The position numbers and the translations under genes are program-made. Under the pieces are notes generated by a model. The model saw only the letters and a list, made by a program, of their open reading frames with translations, searched no databases and was not told the DNA's origin. Positions 9,244 through 16,516 of a stretch of DNA of 36,348 nucleotides are shown here, piece after piece; the stretch's first letter is position 1, and each line of letters opens with the position of its first letter. The stretch covers positions 1 to 36,348 of the IMG/VR virus record IMGVR_UViG_3300009551_000036. One strand, written 5' to 3'. The stretch comes from a virus.

Positions 9244-11221
9244 TTATGGGCTAATGTAGTTTTGCAAACAAGCGGAGGCTGATGGCTTTTCCAAAAACAG
9301 ATTGGCAAAAAGCCTGAGACGCGCTTCGAATGCGTCACTTCCAATTTGGGCGATCAGGTAACTGCCCGTTTCGTCCGCCCATTCCATCTCGGCGAGTACG
9401 TATTTTTTCAGGTTCCCTTCTGTAATAAAGAAGAACCGTGTAGGGCAGGATTGATCCGCTAGAATCGGAGCACCTGAGAAGTTGAGGTAAACCTCATCCT
9501 TACTCGTGAATGTTCCGTCTCCAGTGACCTTTTCACCGATGTATCTGCGATCAGCGACCAATACAGTCTTGTTATCGCCTTGGCTTTTTATCCTAGGCTT
9601 CTTAGGCTTCTTTTTTCACCTAAGCTCAGCGTACATTTTCAGTCTTTTGAACTGTCGACCACTCTTGGGGGCATTGTTGGTTTCATCCCTCAGCCCCTAC
9701 GCGTTACGCAGCTAACGAAATTTCTTCGTCAGTTTGCTCGGGATTGGCATCGCAGCGTCCCCCGATTTTGGTCAATTTTGAATCGCCCATTTTGGTTAAG
9801 CGATTGTAATATCTCTCAGAATCGAAATCGCAATAAACGACAGAAATCTTCCCACCGCCTCGCCGTCTAGCATTATTCAATGCTTGTTGCATGGCGTTTA
9901 GATTCAGCTGTTGACCTGCTAAATCAATATTGTTTCCTTGGAAACTTGGAAAGAGGCTCCTGTCAATATTATAGATAGAACTGGTGCCGCCGTCCAAGCT
10001 CGTCAAGAGGCCCTGGATTTCGTTGCTCACTGTTCCAGACCGAATGACAAGATTGTTGGCTGCCACACTCACATTATTATCCAATGTCAGAGTAACCGTC
10101 GCTGTTCCAATTCCGCTCATAGCTGTAATCTGAACGTTATTGGCCAACACGTTGTTATTGGTGTCGACGATATCGATCTGAGTTCCGATATCGAGAAACT
10201 TCTCAGGGGCTTCAGCTGAAGCAATCCCTGCTTGGGTATCCCGATTCTGAATCGAAATGGAGTTCGTTCCGACAGCATTAGCAGAAACGGTCGCGAGACG
10301 GCCATTGCCGTTCCACCCCAACTGACGATTCACGTCCCATTTGGAATCGTTCACATTCTGTTACCCCTAGCCTTTCGGCTAGTGGAGGAACCGCTTCGGA
10401 TTCCTCTCAACGGCTTCTTTGGTTATACCGTTGTTCAGACTATCGCATCCCTTTCGGGCCCTCTCACTTAGTCGTTCAGGCTGCTTTCGCTTGCCCCTTG
10501 TCACCCGCTTCCGGGCTTCCAAGTCAATCAGAGTGGGTTTTAGAGGGACTGTAAGTACTTGAAATACTTGAGTTAATCCCTCAGTCATTTCAAATTCCAT
10601 CGCTGTAACAAATGCGCCCTTATCACCCTGGGAGCTTTTGATCAGCGGGCCTGTGAGACCGAACAAACGATCACAGTTTTGAAATGACTTCTGCGCTTCG
10701 GTCATGCAGCACGCAGATAATTATACTTCGCAGCAATAATGGCTTGCTGAGTGGTCTGTTGACCGATTTTGGGTAGGTTTCCGCCATCACTGGTAGCTCC
10801 GATACCCTGGTTACGTCTTACCTTCACAGGTCGAATGACTTGTTGACCGTTCCACTTCTCTTTTCCCTTTTCAGCTCCCCTATAGAGCGGTAGCAAGTTT
10901 GTTATCGTCCAGGTTTTTTATCCCAGACTTCTCACCATTTTATTTCAGTGAGTTCAGCGTACATTTTCAACCATTTCTGGTTGCCGGGGACTCTTGGGAG
11001 AGTTTATGTCTCCTACGCGTTACGGACGGATCAATCCTTGATCTCGCCCTCGGTATTCCCGTCTCAGGGTCCACCGATACACCCCAGTTTTTCATTTTCT
11101 ACTTACGTAGAAAAGCGACCATTTTTACATAATCGTCATTGAATTGGGAAACGATTGGACCGGCATAGTAGTTCTTCAGAATCGCCAGGGCGTTTGCCAC
11201 GTTGGCGAATTGATTAGCCAT
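9244..11221 (-). CDS. Major capsid protein (HK97-fold-like), interrupted. Proposed coding segments, complement: 11221..11132, 10893..10711, 10669..10576, 10353..9799, 9563..9244. Mature product about 410 aa.
   Basis: GGAGG RBS then ATG at 11221 (MANQFANVANALAILKNYYAGPIVSQFNDD). Later pieces read LPLYRGAEKGKEKWNGQQVIRPVKVRRNQGIGATSDGGNLPKIGQQTTQQAIIAAKYNYLR / LFGLTGPLIKSSQGDKGAFVTAMEFEMTEG / (L)NDSKWDVNRQLGWNGNGRLATV...SERYYNR / LLVADRRYIGEKV...LQNYISP*. Together these match the recalled pattern of this capsid family (..Y.YGRI.v.GP.I.....GAF..A.E.E......NRq..GdG.G.LA.v). The gene follows the scaffold gene. Confidence 0.8.
9564..9798 (-). ncRNA. Group I-like intron 3 in the capsid gene (235 nt, no ORF), paralogue of intron 1
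   Basis: P1: exon AAUCGCU | UAACCAAAAUG GGCGAUU gives 7 bp with U.G at the splice site. It ends ...CGAUAACAAGACUG | UAUUGG. It shares these blocks with intron 1: cctacgcgttacg (9696-9708 vs 11012-11024), tcagcgtacattttca (9626-9641 vs 10954-10969), actcttggg (9661-9669 vs 10990-10998), ttgttatcg and tttttatcc. Splicing gives ...YYNR-L-LVADRRY in frame. Confidence 0.7.
10354..10575 (-). ncRNA. Group I intron 2 in the capsid gene (222 nt, no genuine ORF)
   Basis: P1: exon GAGGGAU (10582-10576) pairs with GUCCCUC (10549-10543), with U.G at the splice site. R-like UGAACGACUAAG and S-like GCGAUAGUCUGAAC give P7 GACUA (10473-10469) / UAGUC (10442-10438). P4/P5 is CUUG-GAA-GCCCG-GAAG-CGGGU-GA-CAAG. 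GAAA tetraloops occur at CCC-GAAA-GGG, GC-GAAA-GC and CUAGCC-GAAA-GGCUAG (10382-10367). It ends ...GGUAACAGAAUG | UGAAC. Length is divisible by 3 and joins GGA U|UG AAC in frame. Confidence 0.75.
10894..11131 (-). ncRNA. Group I-like intron 1 in the capsid gene (about 238 nt, no ORF)
   Basis: 5' exon ...GACGAU | UAUGUAAAAAUG GUCG gives a 4-bp P1 with a U.G pair at the splice site. It ends ...CGAUAACAAACUUG (terminal G) | CUACCG. A UUUUCUAC-GUAA-GUAGAAAA tetraloop hairpin is present. P7 candidate is GCGUA (in GUAACGCGUAGG) with UACGC (in AUGUACGCUGA). An alternative 5' splice site lies 3 nt downstream (after UAU). Confidence 0.65.
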
Positions 11222-11269
11222 GATTGGCCTCCTTGCCTTGTCTCTCTCAATTGCGTTTTAAGTTATGGT

Positions 11270-12118
11270 TCAGAATGCGCCTGAATCAATGTCACTCAGA
11301 GCTGCAGCGGTTGCTTCTTTAATGGATTTGAATTGTCTCGGAGCTTGCCCCGGATTTCCGCCTCCACGTCCCGCATCACTGCTTTTCCGATTGGCTTGAA
11401 CTTGCGCTTGAACCTGCTTTTTATAGTTCTTATCGGCAATCTGGTGATTACGGTCATGCACGCCCTTCCAAAGAGCATCCCATTGTTTATCCGAAATCCT
11501 GAGATTGCGGTTCATTGGGTCTGCTTCTTTGAGTTTATTGAGCAATGCTTGAGCGCGAGCCACCACGGCTTCCTCATCAGCAAAGGGATATTTCTGCGAG
11601 AGTGTTCGAAATTTATTATCGAGTTCTGCGGAAATAGCTGCGACTTCTTTTTCGCGAAAATTCTGCTCAAGCTGATTGATCCTCATTTCCATGGATGGAT
11701 CTAACCGGGCATAAGCATTTTGCTGAGATTGGCCTGGATTGGGATAATTGGGAGATTGACTGGAGTTTTCTAAGACATATCTCAGATAGCCATGAAACTT
11801 ATCTGGATAGATCGTTCGAAATTGTTCCGCCAAATGGGGATTAGCACGCACTCGGTCCAAATCGACAGCCAGGTTGTCGTAATATTTACGTTCCTGGGCC
11901 ATTTGAGCCGTTTTCTGGGTGTAATCGCCATGTCTCATGTAGCCGGTCTCCCAGTCTTTGAGAGGTCGGCCTCGGTACCGATAACGATCTGGATTCTCTA
12001 TCTCAATGGGTTCTTCAGCTTTTTTTGCTGATTCCGCAGGAGAAGGAGTCTCTAGGGTGCCGTTATCTAAACTCGGTTCGGAAGCAGGGACTGCTTCCTG
12101 AATATTTTGTTCTTCCAT
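11270..12118 (-). CDS. Putative scaffolding protein (282 aa)
   Basis: Lies between the portal-side genes and the capsid gene. Charged, helix-prone, Gln/Glu/Lys/Arg-rich sequence with an acidic N-terminus. Confidence 0.5.
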   Translation of the reverse strand: MEEQNIQEAVPASEPSLDNGTLETPSPAESAKKAEEPIEIENPDRYRYRGRPLKDWETGYMRHGDYTQKTAQMAQERKYYDNLAVDLDRVRANPHLAEQFRTIYPDKFHGYLRYVLENSSQSPNYPNPGQSQQNAYARLDPSMEMRINQLEQNFREKEVAAISAELDNKFRTLSQKYPFADEEAVVARAQALLNKLKEADPMNRNLRISDKQWDALWKGVHDRNHQIADKNYKKQVQAQVQANRKSSDAGRGGGNPGQAPRQFKSIKEATAAALSDIDSGAF

Positions 12119-12130
12119 GATGTCTGATCT

Positions 12131-12610
12131 TTATGCTTTCTCGTATTTTTCCTTAAGAGCTGCCATTTTGACTCGTTCCCCGAGACTGGTCGGAGGACGA
12201 TCTTTCATGCGCTCGTATTCATCTGGGGATTCATGACCAATGACATGGTCTCGGATTTCATCATGAGCGGGAGCCTGATCGCCGTCGTAATCCCCATCAC
12301 TATCGACTTTGGCCTCTTTCAGACCGACTGGCACTGCGCCGTCTTTCACATTCTCAATGGCTTCCTCGCCCTCACCGGCTTCTTTGGGATGAGGCTGGGG
12401 TTTCTTAGAACCGGGATATCCAATCGCCTCGCCTAGCGTTTGAGCAACCATTGGATCCGCATGAGGGGATTCTTGGTGGATTTCATCCACCGCTTCATCG
12501 ATTTGGGATTCAGGCGATTGATCACCGCCGTATGCCATTTGAAGCATCGATGGATCAATGGAAGCTCCACGGCGTTGTTTTAATGCCTCTGAATAAGAAT
12601 CTTTTGCCAT
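12131..12610 (-). CDS. Acidic hypothetical protein (159 aa)
   Basis: RBS GGAGAC upstream of the ATG. Asp/Glu-rich. Lies between the portal and scaffold genes. Confidence 0.5.
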   Translation of the reverse strand: MAKDSYSEALKQRRGASIDPSMLQMAYGGDQSPESQIDEAVDEIHQESPHADPMVAQTLGEAIGYPGSKKPQPHPKEAGEGEEAIENVKDGAVPVGLKEAKVDSDGDYDGDQAPAHDEIRDHVIGHESPDEYERMKDRPPTSLGERVKMAALKEKYEKA

Positions 12611-12611
12611 A

Positions 12612-15155
12612 TCATCGTCTCCTTGGGGGTAATCCCACCGGTCGCGGCGGCGACCCTCGTCCCTGCTTAGGCGGTCCTACGGGCGCAGGGCCCGGAGCTG
12701 GTGCTCCAGCTCCAAACTGTGCTTTTTTGGCCGCCATTCGGTCGTTGGCACCTGGGGGTAATCCGGCAATGGCTTCTCCACCTGCTCCAATGGGCGGTGG
12801 AGGCATTGGGGGAAGCGGAGGCATCGGAGTATTGGAAGGGCCTGGAGGCATGAGCTGATTGAGCCTGTCTTCCATCTGAGCTTCAAAAAGACGCCTAATT
12901 TCCTCAGGCAGCATTCCCCATTTATCGGATTTTCTGAATCGATTGAGCTCTTGGCACCAAAGGATGTTGTTATCCTTCTTATCGATCTCGACGAATTCGC
13001 CTTTTTCCAATGCGTCCATGCCTCGTTTGATTTGAGCCATGTCGATGTGTTGGTCTTCAAAGATTTCCTGACTCTGTCCAAATTCCAAAGCATCCAAGAT
13101 CTTCATTGCAACCGATGGATCGGATTTGGGGTCACCGAGAAGTCCCAGACTCATGGTATTGACGATGTCCTGGCGCTTGAGAGTCTTTGAATCAGGGAGA
13201 GTGGATCCTCTCACGACTCTCACATCCGTATTGCCTCTCAAAAGCCTGCCATCGAGTTCCCGGATAATGTATTCGCCTGATTTGCCGGCAAGTTTCATTT
13301 TGCGGGGCATTTCGTAATTCTTCTCCACCTGTTTTAGGATCTGACGAAACACTTTGGACCAAGATCGCTCTAAGAGTTCAGTGATGACGCTTAATCGAGT
13401 CTGATCTTGCTCCTGGAGAAGCTGAGCGCCAATAGCGGGTATAGAAGCAGAAGGCAGAATGCCGCGAGAAACGTCGCCGATCCCAAAAATATAATCCATA
13501 ATTTTGTCGAGACGCTCTTCTTCAGTGTAAGCGTATTCTGGGATGGTGGGGACGGGTAAGGGTTCGATGTTTTGAGGGGCTGAGGGCACGACATTGTAAT
13601 AAAGCACTTCTCCTGATTCATCATTCATGGCCTCTTGGGCAAGGCCGGAACCTCTCGGGGCTTTGTATTTGCCCGCAAGCATTCGTCTTGTCCATTCAGC
13701 CCTTCGTCTTAAAGTTTCATTATATTGATCCTGAATCGGTCTTGCATGAGTGACCGGAGTCTCACTGTAATATTTGCCGCCTATGATGGTATCATCAAAT
13801 TTGGTGAGCGGGATTTCTCCGATAGGCAAATCTTTGCTATCTAAGAACACACCATTCGCTGCAGCAATCATCCGTCCTTGAGGAAATTTGGCTGAAGGCT
13901 TTTCATACTTAATCATTTCAATCGCAGAATTTTTCATCTGCTCAGTCAACCCCCCTTGCGAAGGGCCGCGAGAATTGAGCGAATTGACCCGCATTTCATA
14001 CTGAGCAGAAAGAAGCCACGCTGCTTCTTCTTTCACTAAATGTCCTCGTTCTGGATAATTGGCCTGAAAGTAATGAAGCGGTCTGACTTTAGCCAGCATC
14101 AAATATTGAGCATCATCATCGGTTCTAGCAAAAGGATCTGGAAAGACCGAAAACGCCGATTCAACTTCAATATCGACATCTCCTTGATAACCCAACGTCC
14201 CATCTTCCAGGATCATCGGATCGCCTAGTAATGGGTTCCATTTCACATGAATATAGGAATGCCCACATTGCTGCATCCACATGTAAAGAAACAGGCGCTT
14301 CTTATTGACTTCCAATCTTTCGATTTGAGTGTTTAAGACCTGCATCGAAAGTTTCGCTGCATCCTTATCCTCAACATCATCTGTTTCTGGAACAATGTCG
14401 TATTCGGGTGGATTCTGACAAAGACGCGCTAATCGATTTTGAACCGTAGGTAAGATCTTATTGGCATGAATGCGGTTTCGTCTCAAGTAGGCACTGGCGC
14501 GATTGATGGGCTGAAACTGGCGCGCAGTCGTATTATACATCAGGCCGTCGTAGCCTAGGCAGTTATGGACTAAGATCCCATTGGCGAAATATTCATGGAT
14601 TGTCTCAATGGTTAGGTCAAAGACATGTTGTGGACCTACACATAAGCGCTTCACAAAACAAACGTCTTCATTCTTTTCTGAGATGACATGCATCCCGACT
14701 TGCAGATTTTGGGCTTGGACCCAGCCATAAGCTTTGGTGTAAATCTTATGCTCATCGGTGCATTTCAGAATCGATCCATCTGAGAAATAATGGTCATAAC
14801 AGGTCTTTGTGCCATTATCCCAGACTCGAAGAACACGCCGATACCCATCGCGTGTTTTAACAAGATCTTTCGTTGTGAGTTTCTCGATTGCGGTATAGCC
14901 ATTGGCCGTCGCAATGACTGAATCGCCTGAGACGCAATAGGCGCAGTTCGTCATCCAGATTCCCTCATGTGCAATTCGATTCGCACTCGAGCGATTGGAT
15001 TCCAGCTCAGCTCTTAATTTCTGAGCCATGTCGATTTCTTCAGAGGATTGATCACTGACGCTTTTGGGCTTTTTATTGCGATCTGGGTCCGTCTGCGACG
15101 ACTGGGCCGCAAAGGGCTGATTCCCCCCAAATAATGATTTCAATAAACCCGCCAT
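12612..15155 (-). CDS. Portal protein precursor (847 aa) containing a mini-intein and a Pro-rich basic C-terminal tail
   Basis: Largest head-module ORF, downstream of the terminase pieces. RBS AAGGA. The mature protein would be about 722 aa after intein removal. The portal assignment rests on size and position. Confidence 0.65.
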   Translation of the reverse strand: MAGLLKSLFGGNQPFAAQSSQTDPDRNKKPKSVSDQSSEEIDMAQKLRAELESNRSSANRIAHEGIWMTNCAYCVSGDSVIATANGYTAIEKLTTKDLVKTRDGYRRVLRVWDNGTKTCYDHYFSDGSILKCTDEHKIYTKAYGWVQAQNLQVGMHVISEKNEDVCFVKRLCVGPQHVFDLTIETIHEYFANGILVHNCLGYDGLMYNTTARQFQPINRASAYLRRNRIHANKILPTVQNRLARLCQNPPEYDIVPETDDVEDKDAAKLSMQVLNTQIERLEVNKKRLFLYMWMQQCGHSYIHVKWNPLLGDPMILEDGTLGYQGDVDIEVESAFSVFPDPFARTDDDAQYLMLAKVRPLHYFQANYPERGHLVKEEAAWLLSAQYEMRVNSLNSRGPSQGGLTEQMKNSAIEMIKYEKPSAKFPQGRMIAAANGVFLDSKDLPIGEIPLTKFDDTIIGGKYYSETPVTHARPIQDQYNETLRRRAEWTRRMLAGKYKAPRGSGLAQEAMNDESGEVLYYNVVPSAPQNIEPLPVPTIPEYAYTEEERLDKIMDYIFGIGDVSRGILPSASIPAIGAQLLQEQDQTRLSVITELLERSWSKVFRQILKQVEKNYEMPRKMKLAGKSGEYIIRELDGRLLRGNTDVRVVRGSTLPDSKTLKRQDIVNTMSLGLLGDPKSDPSVAMKILDALEFGQSQEIFEDQHIDMAQIKRGMDALEKGEFVEIDKKDNNILWCQELNRFRKSDKWGMLPEEIRRLFEAQMEDRLNQLMPPGPSNTPMPPLPPMPPPPIGAGGEAIAGLPPGANDRMAAKKAQFGAGAPAPGPAPVGPPKQGRGSPPRPVGLPPRRR
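14562..14936 (-). mobile_element. Mini-intein (125 aa, residues 74-198 of the portal ORF, +1 Cys at residue 199), no endonuclease domain
   Basis: Block A CVSGDSVIATANG. Block B ILKCTDEHKIY (TxxH). Block F VFDLTIETIHEYFANG. Block G ILVHN followed by C. Codons checked on the sequence: tgc at 14936-14934, aac at 14564-14562, tgc at 14561-14559. Confidence 0.8.
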
Positions 15156-15173
15156 TCCTTGGCATCCTTTACG

Positions 15174-15419
15174 TTAAGGAATCCCAGCAAACTCTTGCAG
15201 AGGACCCAGATCTTCTTCCAAGGCCTGCTCATGTCTAACGCCCTGGTTTAATTCCCCGTCTGTCATGGTCTTATCGACATTCTTGGCAAACATATAATCG
15301 TGATAATTCTTCGACATGACTTTGTTAATCAACTTCTGAGTGGTCACGATAAACATGACTTGCTGAATAAAAGTATAAAGCACGAATCCCAGAATGATAA
15401 AGTCTTTAGCGTCTGCCAT
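15174..15419 (-). CDS. Small membrane-anchored hypothetical protein (81 aa)
   Basis: N-terminal hydrophobic helix FIILGFVLYTFIQQVMFIV. Sits in the operon series just upstream of the portal gene. Confidence 0.45.
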   Translation of the reverse strand: MADAKDFIILGFVLYTFIQQVMFIVTTQKLINKVMSKNYHDYMFAKNVDKTMTDGELNQGVRHEQALEEDLGPLQEFAGIP

Positions 15420-15738
15420 TGTTTTTACTCGGAACTTTGGCTGTGTTAGTCCCCTGAATCACCTTGGCTTCATCATCCCCATAAAGAATTTGACCCAAAG
15501 GACGCTCTAATTCCTCTTTTAAGCGCTGAGATTTGCCAAATTCAGTCACTTTGACGGATTGGAAGATAAAGTATTCGGCATGGGGACCTAATCCCCCTTT
15601 ATTGAAATGATCGATGATTTCCTTGGAAGTTTCGATCCATTCCTGTCCTTCAATCGTTGCGCGGTGAATCTTGGAATAAAATTGGTTGAGAGTTTCTTCA
15701 GTCTCATTCAGACCAAGCTTCACGCCCTGAGCTTCCAT
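15406..15738 (-). CDS. Hypothetical protein (about 110 aa from the internal ATG; the ORF is open from 15846)
   Basis: The ORF overlaps the 3' end of the terminase nuclease gene. The start was chosen at MEAQGVKL to minimise that overlap. Confidence 0.4.
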   Translation of the reverse strand: MEAQGVKLGLNETEETLNQFYSKIHRATIEGQEWIETSKEIIDHFNKGGLGPHAEYFIFQSVKVTEFGKSQRLKEELERPLGQILYGDDEAKVIQGTNTAKVPSKNNGRR

Positions 15739-16516
15739 TTTGTGAGCTTTCGGTGAGGTGTTGGATATACCAGGACTCGTATTTGGGGTCGTTTGGACTG
15801 TGGGGTTGCTCAAGCTTCTTTTTCTCCCTTGTTGGATAATAAACAAGTTCCTCTAAACTGGCCAATGCGTCAAGGATATCATCGTGAGTTCCGCGGGGGA
15901 ACGCGTCATATTCATCCTCGAATTCAACCATTCCAGGGTAACAGAATAAATGTCCCCACTCGAATCTGGGGACTAGGCCTAAGATTCGAGAGGATTTAGA
16001 GATATTGTTTCTCCTAATGCCTTTTACGGGAAGCATTTTGTCGCGCTTGATCATTTCTTCTGAAATGAGATATAAAAGCGCCTCTTGATAACCCACGATT
16101 TCAATCCCGATGGCATCGAGTTCAAACTGCTCTTGAAGATCAAAGGCTTTATTAACAATCTGTGTCGGAGTCAGGCGATAGCGTGAAGCGAGTCTTAAAT
16201 ACCAATTCCGATCCTGATCAGCATAGACGACGGCGATGCCGGTATAGTCACTGTGCTTATGCTGGCCAATGGCTGGATCAATGAAAGCAAACTTAGTGCA
16301 TCCTTCTGGGATTTGAGTGGTGTATCTCAGCCATTCTTTTCTAAACTTCTTTTCCTCATCGGGGATGATGACGTTTAAATATTGGTTGGCAAAGAGATAA
16401 GACCCCATGGTCCGTCTGGCTTGATCTAAGAACTCTTGGGTCAGTCTTTCAGGAAAGAAAAGAGATCCATCGTCATTGATGGCCTTTTTATAGACGACGC
16501 TCCAGCGGTCGTTCAA
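15704..16516 (-). CDS. terL: Large terminase, C-terminal nuclease-domain fragment (270 aa, TTG start)
   Basis: RWSVVYKKAINDDGSLFFPERL..LFANQYLNVIIPDEE..FAFIDPAIG..YTGIAVVY..GIEIVGYQ..HDDILDALASL are RNase-H-like nuclease motifs of TerL. GGGAG lies 7 nt upstream of a TTG that overlaps the TGA of the upstream ORF. Confidence 0.85.
   Translation of the reverse strand: MNDRWSVVYKKAINDDGSLFFPERLTQEFLDQARRTMGSYLFANQYLNVIIPDEEKKFRKEWLRYTTQIPEGCTKFAFIDPAIGQHKHSDYTGIAVVYADQDRNWYLRLASRYRLTPTQIVNKAFDLQEQFELDAIGIEIVGYQEALLYLISEEMIKRDKMLPVKGIRRNNISKSSRILGLVPRFEWGHLFCYPGMVEFEDEYDAFPRGTHDDILDALASLEELVYYPTREKKKLEQPHSPNDPKYESWYIQHLTESSQNGSSGREAWSE

Noticed and set aside
10379-10705. 108-aa ORF that could be taken for an intron-encoded protein or homing endonuclease
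   Set aside because: Its first part is genuine capsid exon (LFGLTGPLIKSSQGDKGAFVTAMEFEMTEG). The remainder is an in-frame read-through of structured intron RNA full of GNRA hairpins. It has no LAGLIDADG, GIY-YIG or HNH motif.
9506-11142. Plus-strand ORFs 9506..9715, 9580..9870, 10899..11132 and 10948..11142
   Set aside because: They are antisense to the capsid introns and exons. They have low-complexity Phe/Leu/Ser-rich translations and no start context. They exist only because the intron regions lack stops by chance.
12451-12858. 135-aa Gly/Pro-rich plus-strand ORF
   Set aside because: It is antisense to the GC-rich portal tail and the upstream acidic-protein gene, and is a product of local composition.
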